DNA of 64,000 bases from Piedraia hortae CBS 480.64 (Eukaryota): positions 124,001-188,000 of the forward strand of contig MU005981.1 of the NCBI GenBank assembly GCA_010093745.1. The letters are read 5' to 3'. Positions 12,438 to 24,510 of the stretch are shown piece after piece. The notes beneath the pieces were generated by a model. The model worked only from the letters and a program-made list of their open reading frames with translations. It was not told the origin of the DNA and ran no database searches. Position 1 is the stretch's first letter, and the number at the start of each line of letters is the position of its first letter. The translations under genes were made by a program, and so were the position numbers.

Positions 12438-14273
12438 ATGTATACAGCGTCGTTTGCCTTTTTCGAGGCCCTTTGGGAGGTTCGTCTCGAATCTCAGCAC
12501 CACAATCTCCATCCCATCTGACAGAAGTTCCAGGCAGGTGTCACCCACTGCTTTGTCAATCTTGGCTCAGATCATCCTTCAATCCTCGAGGCCATTGTTC
12601 AGGGCCAAAAGGACAAGCCAAATGCCTTTCCCAAGATCATTACCTGTCCCAATGAGATGGTAGCGCTGTCCATGGCAGATGGCTATGCTCGGCTGACCAA
12701 CCGCCCCCAAGCAGTCATCGTGCACGTAGATGTTGGCACACAGGGGCTTGGGGCTGCCGTGCACAACGCCTCATGCGGCCGGGCTCCCGTTCTCATCTTT
12801 GCCGGACTGAGTCCCTTTACTATTGAGGGCGAATACCGGGGCTCGCGTACAGAATTCATTCACTGGATCCAAGATGTGCCCGATCAGTCTGCAATCATCC
12901 GACAGTATTGTCGCTACTCTAGCGAAATCAAACGTGGACGCAGCGTGAAGCAGCTGGTTAATCGAGCCCTGAGTTTTGCAACAAGTGATCCAAAGGGCCC
13001 TACATATCTTGTGGGTGCTCGAGAGGCCATGGAGGAGGATATCGAACCGTATCACCTCGATCAGTCCGTGTGGGGACCGGCAGAGCTAGGAGGATTGACA
13101 ACTAAACAAACGGCCTTCATCGCGGAAACCTTGGTGGCGGCCGAGCGACCTTTGCTGATCACAGGCTACTCTGGCCGCAACCACTCGTGCGTGCAAGCCT
13201 TGGTAAACCTGGCAGATACGGTCAAAGGCTTGAAAGTGTTGGACACGGGTGCGTGTGACATGTGCTTTCCCTCCACTCACCCTGCCTGGTTGGGCGTAAA
13301 GTATGGAGTAGAAGAAAACATTCCTCTTGCAGATGTTATCCTGCTCGTCGACGTTGACGTACCCTGGATCCCAACTAGGTGTCGGCCGGAAAAGGGCGCT
13401 AAGATCATACATATTGATGTTGATCCACTGAAGCAGCAGATGCCTGTCTTCTATGTGGATGCCATGGCGCGGTATCGCTGCGACGCTGAGACTGCTATCA
13501 TTCAGGTCGTTCAACACATCCAGACGAAGTTAGCAGACAAAACCAAGCAATTTGAGGAACGGTGGGCTGCACTGCAGGTGTCGCACGAGAAACTTCTTAA
13601 GGAGATCGATCTTCAGGCAAAACCAGCCAATGATGGTACGTTTGGCTGTGCATACCTCATACGTGAGGTACGCAAAGCGGTTCCAGACGACACCATATGG
13701 GCCGTCGAGGCTGTCACGAACACTATGGTAGTAGCGGATCAAGTACAGGCTCGATATCCTGGTTCATTTATCAACTGTGGAGGAGGCGGGCTTGGCTGGT
13801 CCGGAGGAGCCGCTCTCGGAATCAAGCTGGCTTCCGATTACGAGGCCGGTGGAACCAATAAAGGCAAGTTTGTTTGCCAAGTTGTTGGGGACGGCTCTTT
13901 TCTGTTTTCTGTGCCGGGGTCCGTGTATTGGATCGCCAAGCGATACAATATCCCCGTCTTGGTGATAGTGCTGAACAACTGCGGCTGGAATGCACCACGA
14001 AAGTCACTAGAACTCGTCCATCCTACGGGCCTGGGCAGCAAGGTTGACAACCGAACTCTCAACATCTCATTCGAGCCTACGCCAGATTACTCTGGAATTG
14101 CCAAGGCTGCATCGGGGGGCGAGTGCTGGGCTGCCAGCGCCGGCACGGTCAAGGAACTGGCCGATCTACTGCCCAAGGCTGTTGAGGCTGTCAAGGCTGG
14201 GAGGTGTGCGGTGCTGGATGCCCATCTTGGTGGCTCAAAGGGCAAATTCCGGAGGGAGCTGGCAGATCCGTAG
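12438..14273 (+). CDS. Thiamine pyrophosphate-dependent enzyme, acetolactate synthase/decarboxylase-like (exons 12438-12479, 12534-14273)
   Basis: Spliced N-terminus MYTASFAFFEALWE/AGVTHCFVNLGSDH...PNEMVALSMADGYAR; TPP-binding motif GDGSFLFS...VLNN. Confidence 0.9.
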
Positions 14274-14281
14274 TAACGTGA

Positions 14282-14357
14282 TGATTGTGATTTTGTGATT
14301 GTGATTTTGTAATTTTGTAATTTTGTGATTTTGTGATTTTGTGATTTTGTGATTGTG
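14282..14357. repeat. (TGATTTTG)n-type microsatellite
   Basis: About 10 imperfect copies of gtgattttg/gtgattg/gtaattttg lie directly after the stop codon of the TPP enzyme. Confidence 0.9.
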
Positions 14358-14442
14358 CTGTGACATTTTTATATGACGTGACGTGAATGTGATGTGACAA
14401 GGGTGACGCAACCGAGGACAGCTGCCAACAATAACCACCACC

Positions 14443-15894
14443 ATGGGCGCCCTGTTATCGCTGCCGTTGCTGGCTATACCGAGTGTTGGGACAATTGTGA
14501 CATTCGCGGCGTCATGCTGCGGCGCGGCGACGTGCTCCGCCGTGTGTTCGGCATGCGGCAAATGCCAGAACAGTATTGCGACCCGCGTTGCATACGCGCT
14601 CATCCTGCTGGTCAACAGTCTCCTATCCTGGCTGATGCTTACCGACTGGGCCGTCAAGCGACTGCAGAAGATTGTGTTGGATTACGTTACCGTAGACTGT
14701 CTAGGCCAACAATGCTTTGGCTTTGCCGCTGTTCACCGCGTCAATTTCGCTCTTGGAGTCTTCCATGTTATACTGGCTGTGCTTCTTCTTGGAGTTAATA
14801 ACTCAAGAGATGGCCGAGCACCCATCCAGAACGGGTTTTGGGGCCCCAAATTAGTTACCTGGATCGGCCTTATTATAGCCAGCTTTCTTATTCCCAATCG
14901 ATTTTTTGAGGTTTGGGGCAACTACGTGGCCCTGGTGGGTGCCATTATCTTTCTTCTCATTGGACTTGTCTTGCTGGTTGATCTGGCTCACACATTTGCC
15001 GAATTTTGTCTGGATAAGATTGAGGAAGGCGACTCTAGGCTATGGCGAGGCATCCTGGTGGGCGGCACAATGTCTATGTATGTCGGCAGTCTGGCCATGA
15101 CAATTGTCATGTACATCTTCTTCGCCCGGTCCGGCTGCAGCATGAACCAGGCTGCCATCACCATCAATCTGATTCTCTTGGCCATAATCAGCGTTATGTC
15201 GACGCACCCGGCCGTCCAAGCTATGAATCCACGAGCGGGACTCGCTCAGGCCGCCATTGTTGGCATTTACTGCACATACCTAACGTTTTCGGCCGTTGCC
15301 ATGGAGCCCGACGATAAACAGTGCAACCCTCTGGTGCGCGCAACCGGCACCCGCACCGTGTCCATAGTCATTGGCGCAGTTGTCACCTTCGCAACCTGCG
15401 CATACACAACCACGCGGGCAGCGACGTATGGCTTAGCCCTAGGAACCGGCAAGCCATCCGGCTATTCTGCCCTTGAAACCGATGAAGAAGGCGGCCATGG
15501 GCTTGTAGACACCCAACCCGCCAGCCGCAAAGCGATGCGACAGGAGGCCCTCCGACGGGCAGTCGAATCAGGCGCTTTACCCTCGTCAGCTCTCGACGAA
15601 GACGACGACGAAGAGGATCCTGTGCGGACCTCAAATGACGACGAGAAGGAGGGTACACAATACAATTATGCACTCTTCCACTTCATATTCATGCTCGCCA
15701 CAGCTTGGGTCGCTACCCTGCTGACTCAGAACATTGGTGGGGATAAGGCCATCGACAAGGGCGACTTTGTCCCCGTCGGTCGTACCTACTGGGCAAGCTG
15801 GGTCAAGATTGTCAGTTCGTGGGTCTGTTATATCATCTTTTCCTGGACACTAGGCGCGCCGGTACTTATGCCGGAAAGATTTGATTATGTGTAA
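14443..15894 (+). CDS. TMS1: Serinc/TDE-family membrane protein Tms1
   Basis: MGALLSLPL...SCCGAATCSAVCSACGKCQNSIATR, IQNGFWGPK, QYNYALFHFIF, WVKIVSSW; multiple TM helices. Confidence 0.95.
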   Translation: MGALLSLPLLAIPSVGTIVTFAASCCGAATCSAVCSACGKCQNSIATRVAYALILLVNSLLSWLMLTDWAVKRLQKIVLDYVTVDCLGQQCFGFAAVHRVNFALGVFHVILAVLLLGVNNSRDGRAPIQNGFWGPKLVTWIGLIIASFLIPNRFFEVWGNYVALVGAIIFLLIGLVLLVDLAHTFAEFCLDKIEEGDSRLWRGILVGGTMSMYVGSLAMTIVMYIFFARSGCSMNQAAITINLILLAIISVMSTHPAVQAMNPRAGLAQAAIVGIYCTYLTFSAVAMEPDDKQCNPLVRATGTRTVSIVIGAVVTFATCAYTTTRAATYGLALGTGKPSGYSALETDEEGGHGLVDTQPASRKAMRQEALRRAVESGALPSSALDEDDDEEDPVRTSNDDEKEGTQYNYALFHFIFMLATAWVATLLTQNIGGDKAIDKGDFVPVGRTYWASWVKIVSSWVCYIIFSWTLGAPVLMPERFDYV

Positions 15895-16361
15895 GCGATT
15901 CCTGTTTCTTTGCATCTTAGAGCTTGGTGTAATGAAAAGTTGGCATATGGTGTCTCGAGGTCTTGATTTATGTCCAGTTTCCTGGCTCGGTTGGCACACC
16001 GATCCATGCCCCCTTGCTGTACACAAATATACGACACAATGAGCCAAATATCACACTTTTTCAGCAGCACAACAACTAGCGAGGTTAATGGGGAAGGGAG
16101 CGGCAGGAGTGTTTGAAGGCTGTTCAGCTTTTAGTTTCAAATTCTACGTGTTACCTGCCTACACGTTGTTAATTCAACCTGAGGCAAGTGACAAAGTGAA
16201 GAACCAAACGCCTCAGATAATATCTTTTGGTCATGGACAAGCTTACGTGAAGACCCACACTACAGAGAAAATGCATCACGAGAATCGCAAATACATGAAA
16301 CCCCATCCAAATACAGTCCAATAGAATCTGTGAGATATCGCAAGAGTCGCGCGCGACTCGC

Positions 16362-17820
16362 GTGCGTCTGAAGAAGGGCAGGAGTAGTGCAGGTTCGCAA
16401 CGCGGCGCGGTCGGCGCGCCCGCCGCGACACGCGACAACGCCAGCGAAGGGATTAAGAGCTTCGTCGACGGTATTTTCCTGAGCACCTTGAATACCCCTA
16501 ATCGCTTGGTGACGGTGCGAAGGGAATCTGGTAATCCGACGCTGGATGAAGGAATTGCTGGCCTTGTTCGGAGCCTTGCAAACCTCGCGTTGAAACGCGA
16601 CGAGACGCGCGTCGAAGAGGCAGTGACAAAGGTGGTTAAGAGCGCGGTCGGAAATGCCAAAAAGGAAATAGCTGAGACGGGAATAAAGACGTGGGCCCAG
16701 GTCGCAGCAGTAGCGAACAGGGAGCACACACTCCCAGCGAAGCTCACTAGGCAACTCACGGTAAGCTGCGCAAATTCAGCAGATGATATGAAGAAGCGCT
16801 TCGAAGTCGACATCCTTGCGGCTGTGAACACTTCGAAGGCGATTCGCGGCGCCCGTGCAGTCCGCAAGCTCCCAAGTGGGGATGTAATTGTAGTTTTCGA
16901 TGAGAACAAATGTGAAAATGCAATAGCGTTGAATCCTTGGTGGAGAAAGCTTTTGGCGCGGGGGCATCCTTTAAAAATCGCACATTCGCCGTCCTCGCCA
17001 AGGGAGTGGATCCAAGGGTCTAAAACTCTATTGGTACCTTCCCTATCGAGGCAATGGGACGCGAGTCAGGAACAAAAATTTTGAAGGCCACCATGCTTGG
17101 CGAAAAGCGATTCCGGGCAGAGGAAGACGATCCATCTGTGTCCTTGTCGAGCTTCTAACGCCACGAGAGGCACAGGACCTGATCGACCTCGGCCTCGTTT
17201 ACAGGGCCCGCTTGTATCGCTGCGAACGATATGCAACCGAAGTCCACGCAGTTCAGTGTTATAAGTGTTATCGTTGGGGACACAAAGCAAATTTCTGCTC
17301 CCTTAGACAGACCTGTCCGCACTGCGGCAGCGGCGCCCATGAGAGCGGGAGGTCGGACTGCTTCACCAAGAAGGATCCCTTGAACAATAGAACATTCTGT
17401 GTAAACTGCGAAGGAGAGCATCCGACATTCTCTAGGAACTGCGAACTAGTTGCAAAGGAAGGAGAGCTCGCCAAAAGGCGATATGAAGACCGGCAGCGGG
17501 CCTACGCCGTCGAGCGCTCCGCACGGGAGAACGCCAACGCCTTCCCGTACATTTTTGTGGGAAGGAAGAGAGCTCGGGAAGAGGTGATGGCTCCTGATAC
17601 AGTACAAACAATGGCTATGACCGACGGCGTGAAGGTGGGTCAGTTGCGCCTATTGACAGGCACCCGAAACGGACGACCGGGACCGCGAAAAAATCCTGAA
17701 CGAGCCGCACGGGGAAACTACCCTATTTCCAAATCTACCTGCGGACCACGCAGCGAGGGAGGTCATAGGCTACGGATGAGCAAGGAGACACAGGCATGGC
17801 CATCGAGCCAAAGTCAGCTG
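16362..17820 (+). pseudogene. LINE ORF1 (gag-like), frameshifted
   Basis: TWAQVAA, VRKLPSGD, CYKCYRWGHKANFC, CPHCGSGAH, CVNCEGEHPTFSRNC. Confidence 0.85.
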
Positions 17821-17839
17821 CGACCCAAGAGAGCACCTC

Positions 17840-20800
17840 ATGGATTTGAGTGTGCTTTACTGGAACACGACAAAAAACCGACGAGTGCAACAGCAGGCAC
17901 TAAAAGACGATTACGATATCATCGCTATCCAGGAGCCGACCTAGTACCGCACAACCGACGCCCCGGCTCACTCAGGACTAGGCAAGTATAGACTATTGTG
18001 GAAACAGGGAGCTGCAATTATCTTGATCAACAAGCAACACGAGCAAGCCGATTGGTCGTACGACGGGAAGGGAGGGTGGGGGGAGAATTAGACGTCGATT
18101 ACCCTGGAGAGGGGGGGGAAGAAGCCATCAACATCCTTTCGGTATACGTGCCTCCCCTGGGGCACCATCTTCTACCGGAACTGATAGTACAAGTCAAGCC
18201 GCGCAGAACAGTATCAGTCGGTGACTTCAACACACACCACCCTTCGTGAGATCGCCATAGACGGACTAGCCCCGACGCAGAAATGCGCCTTCAGCTCGCT
18301 GTGCACTGGGAGCTGCAGCTCCTCACCCCATGTGGTGAGCCAACACGACGTCGGACAAGCAACCGCGACTCAACCCTAGATCTGGACTGGGTATCAGGTG
18401 GTATACGAGCCAACTACGTAGGACCGAGAGATTACGTGGGATCTGACCACGCAGCACAGCTTCTAGAGGTAGGGGAGGCCTATGAACCAACACTAGCGTC
18501 TAAATTCGCCGGATATAGCTGGGACCTTATGGTCCGAACAACTAAATTCAGATGCCGAGAGTCGTCCTCACGGCAAATGCCCTCGAGGAAGAAACAGAAC
18601 AATTGCTGCGAACACTTAAGATGATAGCAGAAGAATCCACACCACTACGAAAGGCCAACAGAGGCCGGGCACAGCCATGGTGGACTCTTGCAGTCGACCA
18701 AAAGGTAAAGGAAGCTCGAGCTTGTGAATGACTTTGGAGATGTCTATGCACTCTAAGTAGCGAGGAGGAACTACAAGATGCAGTCAAACACATGAATCGG
18801 GCAATCGATCGAGAATTGACAAAGGAATGGCGCCAAACAGTGGCTGAGGCAGCACAGGATGAGAGAAAACTTTGAAATTCGAGAGGTGGGCACGATTGCG
18901 GAGCTTCGCTAAGCCGGTGCCTCCAGCTTTGCCAGCCCTGAATAGAAGTGCCACTGATTCACCGACCGCGTCCTCCCACAAAGGAAAGGCGGAATTACTG
19001 GCAGAGCGGTTCTTCCCACAGCCCATAGCTGACACCAGCGTTATACCCAAACCATAATTTTCACCAGAGTCCTTTAGTGGGACAGTGCCGTTAGGCGACG
19101 TAGTGACCCAGCCATATTTACACAGAGCTTTGCGCAGGACGGGAAACAATAAGGCTCCAGGCCTCGACTAGCTCACAAGTGGCTTCCTCAAGGCTTGTCA
19201 CGACCCATTCACAGAGACGGTGGCTGCGTTGGCTACAGCAAGCTTCCGCCTCAGACATTTTACGCAAAAATTTCTGAAGGCAAAGGCAGTGGTCCTAAAA
19301 AAGCCTGAAAGACATCCGAAGAGCAGCTCATGGTGGGCGTCTACCGTCCCATAGCTCTCCTCTCTACCGTTGGAAAGATCATAGAAGCCGTCATTACCGA
19401 GCGATTGTCATGCGCAGCAGAAAGTCACGGCCTACTCCCCCCAATGCAAATGGGGAACCGCAAAAATCGCAATACCGAATTCGCCATTAGCATGGTCACA
19501 GAGGGCGTCTACACGTGCTGGCAGAACAGAGCCTGCGCGTCCCTGATGATGTTAGAGTTAAAGGGGGCTTTCGACAACGTCAACCATCTATGGCTGTTGC
19601 ACACGTTGTGCGCCAAGGGCCTCCCGTACTGGTTCGTACGATGGTTAAAGAGCTATCTGCATGGCCGGACAGCCCAGCTACATTTCGATGGACAGCTGAC
19701 ACCGGAGATCACCCTTCCTGCTGGCGTCCCCCAGGGCTCGCCCCTATCTCCCATCCTTTTTTTTCCTGTTCACCGCACTCCTGTATGAAGATCTAAGACC
19801 AGTGCAAGAATGGTCGTAGTCAGGTTTGCCAACAACACTAACCTGCTCAGCTGCGGCAAGGACGCACCGTCAAACTGCCGGCGACTCGAAGCAGCACTCG
19901 AGATATGCACAAGATAGGCGCACGTGAGAGGGATACATTTTGCTCAAGCAAAGAGTGAACTTCTTCTCTTCACCCGAACCCGACGACCGCTCACAGAGAC
20001 CGTCTGCTTCGACGGAAAAATAATACGACCGGGAGAGGAAGCAATGTTCCTCGGCGTCTGGTTGGACCGCAAGTTGTCCTTCCAGGTGCATCTGGATGCT
20101 ACGAAAACGAAGCTTGCAAGACAGACCATTGCACTGACCCGTCTAGCGGAAAAGCCCTGGGGGGGTGACGCTTGCCAAAGCCAGACAAATTTACACGACG
20201 GTTATCAGACCCGCGATAGCGTATGGTGCTCCCGCGTGGCATTTGCCGACCAAGTCCGGCGGCGCACCGAAGGCGCATGCAAAGGCCTTGGCCACTGACC
20301 AGAACAAGTGCCTACGAGTGGTGACTGGTGCGTACAAGCACAAACCCGTCCGACACTTAGAGACCGAATCAGATCGTCCACCGATAAATGACTACCTCAA
20401 AGCCAGAGCTATCATCTTCAATGCGAAGTACACCGACATACACCGACAGTAAGCCAGGGCTGCTCATCCAACGCACTTGCGCCGTAATAGAAACACAGTT
20501 GAAGGGACGGCGAGGTCACACAGGGATGGAACGACCACTCAAAGAGAGATCAGCAAAAGAGCAGGACAAAGTACTGTGCCACTTTGGTAATGAGGACAAG
20601 GACCTGTGGAGAAGGATGCCCACATTGAATGGAGCGAACGACATGAGTGCCAGCAGGCGGCGGCCTTGAATCGGGACAGGTACCGCACTCGCGAAGCGGC
20701 AGACAACGTGCAAATCAACGTAAATGGTGGAAACGATGGCTGGAGGGCGCGAGATCTACACAAGTCCCTCCGCAAACCGCAAAGCTCGCTGCTTGTTCAG

Positions 20801-21120
20801 GCGAGGACTGGCGCTATTGGCCTGCGGAAATTCCTGCACAGTCGACGAGTACCCGGATTCGACACCCCCCTTTGTGAGTGCGAAGCATATTCCGAGACAG
20901 TTGCACATCGCTTGCTTGGATGTTCGAAGATAACAGATTCAAAAGCGAGACTGCCGTTGAGCTTCAGGAACATGCGTGATGTGCGTGCCGCACTGGCAAA
21001 CCGGCGCAAGGTAGAAGCGATCGTCTGCTGATTGCTCTCTCTAGGCAAACTCAGTGAGTACCGGCTAGCGATGGACATCATGGACCAAATGCCGACAGCG
21101 GCGGAGCGGCTAGCGGAGAG
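17840..21120 (+). pseudogene. LINE ORF2 (APE endonuclease + reverse transcriptase), disrupted
   Basis: DIIAIQEP, GDFNTHHP, STLDL, GSDH (APE); YRPIALLSTVGKIIE, GAFDNV, PQGSPLSPILF, FANN in place of FADD (RT); ARTGAIGL...CECEAYSETVAH. Many stops and frameshifts. Confidence 0.92.
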
Positions 21121-22351
21121 AATGACAAGCCGGCGCCCCACGGAGGCGAATGACCACGGTGGAACAAACAGGCGCCACCGGCTGAGACTACCAACGCGGT
21201 GGGAACTATAAAAGTCCCAACTCGGCCGTTCCCCCACTCCCCCCTCACCCTTCCTTCCATATCCGTCACCAAGCCGGGTGGAGAGAGACCCAGGGTATGT
21301 ATAGCGTCAAGGGTACCCGCACTATGCGGATTAAGTCTGATTGCTGGTTAAACACTTGTAGACGGACAGCATGCCCTTCGGGGCGGAGCTATGATACATT
21401 CTAGCTCCTTCGGCATATGAGAAATAATAATAATAAATTGGCGTTGCGCTTGAGGCACTTTGTGAATTCCACTTCGCGCATGCGGTCGTTTTGGACTTAA
21501 AAGCGGTTATCCTCGTCGAGCTGGTCTTTGACTTTATTAATGCTCGTTTGAGGGGTTAGTGTGGGTGAGTATTGATGGCTTACTGCCTGATTGTTCTCTT
21601 TAAGCTGAATATTTCATCTCGGAGGGGTTGAATTTGATCGTTGCATGTATCAATGAGGTGCAGCATTGAGGCTCTGAAGAAATTTTGGATCCTAAAATTA
21701 TTTTTTCAACCCAGACTGCTTCCTCGTAGCCATGAAATGACTCAGGCCAACGCTACCAATAATCTAGTCCAATTTACCGTACTGGGCGTAGCATCGACTG
21801 GTGAAATTTTCGATTTCAAGAACTGCGTTCCTGTTATTTGAAGTCGTTATTTGTTTCAGGATACATAACTTTGATCTGTCCTTCGTCGACGATGGATCTG
21901 TGCCATAATGCATCCACGACATTCGTTCTTCGACTAATCCCTCACTGCAATGTGATCAATAGCCACGCATATATCACGAGGACGAAACGTGGCATGATGA
22001 CCATTCATCCAAAGCCCAGAGACTCGTTGTGCAACCTTCCACAACACATTCATACAAATAACTTCATCAAATGGATGACCGGAATCCATGCACTAAGGTG
22101 CCTCCTATTCCCAACAAGGACCAAACATTACCCGTGAAGATGATGCACTGGACCGCCAACCTCACTGATTCACTAAGTGCACGAACCGTATCCGTGCCGC
22201 CCGAGACTCTTCCTGTGAAGGAGTTTCTTCGCCCACCACATCATTTCTCTCCCATAATCTTCCTTCCGTTACGCAGGCCAATTGCAGAAAATCAAAAGTA
22301 CACAAGCCCAGAGCACATCCGCTGAAGAGCCAGCCCTTTCCAAAAGCAAAA

Positions 22352-23862
22352 ATGCCCTCCCAATTAGTCTCGTCACCACCCTACCTCCCTCCGGAATTGA
22401 TAGCCCTCATAATTTCGCACCTCACCCCTCGCAGGCAGCCCATCGACTCCAAAGCAACCAAGCGCGAGAAAGTCAAAGCCCTCCTCTCAAGCACACTCGT
22501 CTCCAGCACATTCTGTGAATTCAGCAGCGCAATTCTCTGGCGCTTCGCACCCGCAAACGCAATCGCGCGAATTCCTTCGACTCGAAGGGCCAACCACTCC
22601 CGCAAACTTGGACGGCTGGTCATCGGGCCCGTTACTGAGCCGACCCCCCCGGTAGATGATGGCATCCTCTTTCCACGTCCACCCTCGTTCGCTGACACAG
22701 CCACAAGAGTTCACTCGGCGCTTCACGGCCTCCCATTTCCCCGCCTGCGCACTGTGTGGGATATGCGGTATTCCTGCGATGGCCCGTTTACGTTCGATAA
22801 TTATCTTCACCCTGAACTGAGGGAATTGGAACTTCGGGGAGAGTATCCGCCTCCGGAGGAGTTGAAGAGAGTTGGTTTGCGGTGTGTGAAGCTGGAGAAG
22901 TTGACATTTCACCCCCTTTGGTGGACAGAGAACCCCAACCACTGAAATACGGCGAGAGTTTTAGGTTTCTTGAGGTTGTTTAAGATATTGAGAATTTTTG
23001 AGGCTGGATTTGGTTTCTCATCCGCGGTGGGTGCGGTGCAAGCGTGGAAGGCGCTTGGGACATTGGACAAGCTTGAGGCATTGGAGTAGTGGCCTTATCC
23101 TAGTGTTAGCTGTGGCACGACGAAGAGGCTGGCCGAGAGCGGACTGGTTTTCCAGAGATTGAAGAGTTCGAATTTGAATATGCCCTGAAAAGCGTTTCAT
23201 TATTTGTCGATCGTGGCACCGGTATTGAAATACCTATTTTTGCAAGCGAGAGGAGAGGACAATGGGATATTAGATGCGATGTTTGAGGCACTGGCGCGAT
23301 TAAAGGAGCTTGTGTCCCTGGAGCTCAGTTTTGAAGATGCGAGAGTGTTCGTGGATGTCAAAAAGATTCAGTCATTGGGCCGGCTGGACAATTTGGAGGT
23401 TCTGGGTGTTCATTTGCAAGATAGAATCAGGGTCTTGAGTGTATTTGATGAGGAGGATGTGCATTGTTGGGTAAAAATCTTCATGCGCTGGAAGATCTGT
23501 CGCTGACGGTGCCGGTCAAGGTTACTTTGCATTCTTTGATGCATTTGGGGACCTCCTGTTCAAAACCCAAAGAGCTGTGTTTGCCCCTTGCCGAGTTTGA
23601 TCCGAACTGCTCATTGTCTACTACAAGAATCCCGACTTTTTCGGTCTTGAAAAACATCTCGATCTGGAGTATTCAAAGGAGAGGAGTTCTTGCCTTCGCT
23701 TCCATTGAATATCAGGTTGTCGATGCGGTGGTTGAGATCGCTCCGAAGATCAGAAGGCTTTCTATCTCTAAAAACTTTGAAACAATAAAGTTTGGCCGGA
23801 CATTACATTTTGAAGATGATAACAAAGATTTATCGGATGATGAGATCTGGGACCACTGTTAG
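22352..23862 (+). pseudogene. F-box / LRR-like pseudogene
   Basis: F-box start PPYLPPELIALIISHL and LRR-like LRELEL, LEKLTF and LVSLEL units. One frame continues through three in-frame stops (22943, ~23087, ~23186) into ORF 23204, then frameshifts near 23470 into ORF 23464..23862. Confidence 0.7.
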
Positions 23863-23999
23863 ACATTGACATCAATATCGCTCACCTGGGAGACACGTAA
23901 ATATATACATATCTCTTCATGGTCGAAAGACCTACTGACCCTGTACGACTCTCACTCGTGCATTTTCCTATCAATTATCGGAGTCCTCAACTCCGGCAG

Positions 24000-24510
24000 C
24001 TATTCTATCCAATCTGAAAAGAATTCTGATTTACCCGGTTTCCACTTCTCCCAGACAAGAAAATCCTTGGCAATTCCCTCATAGAAGCCGTACTTAATGC
24101 CCATATTCCCCTTGTGTTTGCCGTAGGTCTTTCTGAAACCGTGCTTGCGGTTCCAGAAGCATTTAGGCGTCAGCTTTTCCTTTTTGCCCAACAAACAGCA
24201 ATTGTCCAAAGTGCACAATTTATTGCCCTTTGGCGAATAGGGCTTGACAATCTGTAGCCTTTCCTCTAGGTAAAATGGATTTTCTTCGGAAAATGGCCAC
24301 TTTTCCCACGGCATCGGTAGCGGACGCGTGTTGGGTCCAAGGGGGATTGTTTTGGTTGGCGGCGTCTCCTTAAGGTTCATGGGCGTGATCGGCGCGGCTA
24401 GTTGGTTAGTTTGATCCAAAGGAAGTAGGATTCTACATGCTTGCTGCGAGAAAAGTTCCGAAGAGGACTGCGAGATGGACAGTCCATAGGGAGATGGTGT
24501 GGGAATACAT
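24000..24510 (-). CDS. Candidate small secreted Cys-containing protein; splicing unresolved, possibly a pseudogene
   Basis: Hydrophobic leader MYSHTISLWTVHLAVLFGTFLAA, then an intron-like 3' end (ACTAAC branch point, TAG acceptor at ~24398) before the AAPITP...CTLDNCC...KC exon. No canonical donor gives the correct phase. Confidence 0.35.

Larger units (their letters stand above)
16330..21437 (+). mobile_element. Decayed Tad1-like non-LTR retrotransposon (LINE)
   Basis: ORF1 has three zinc knuckles. ORF2 has APE endonuclease, RT and a C-terminal C-x-C...H-x4-C finger. An (AAT)n tail lies at 21423-21437. The 5' boundary is approximate and no TSD was found. Confidence 0.92.

Noticed and set aside
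12100..12540. Possible TPP riboswitch near the TPP-dependent enzyme
   Set aside because: No conserved TPP aptamer motifs seen in the 5' region or intron.
14282..14357. CRISPR-like or telomeric array
   Set aside because: Simple microsatellite with no spacers; not TTAGGG; eukaryotic intergenic context.
16250..16360. Target-site duplication for the LINE
   Set aside because: No match to the sequence after the (AAT)n tail was found, so the 5' boundary is left approximate.
16169..16909. 246-aa minus-strand ORF
   Set aside because: Antisense to LINE ORF1.
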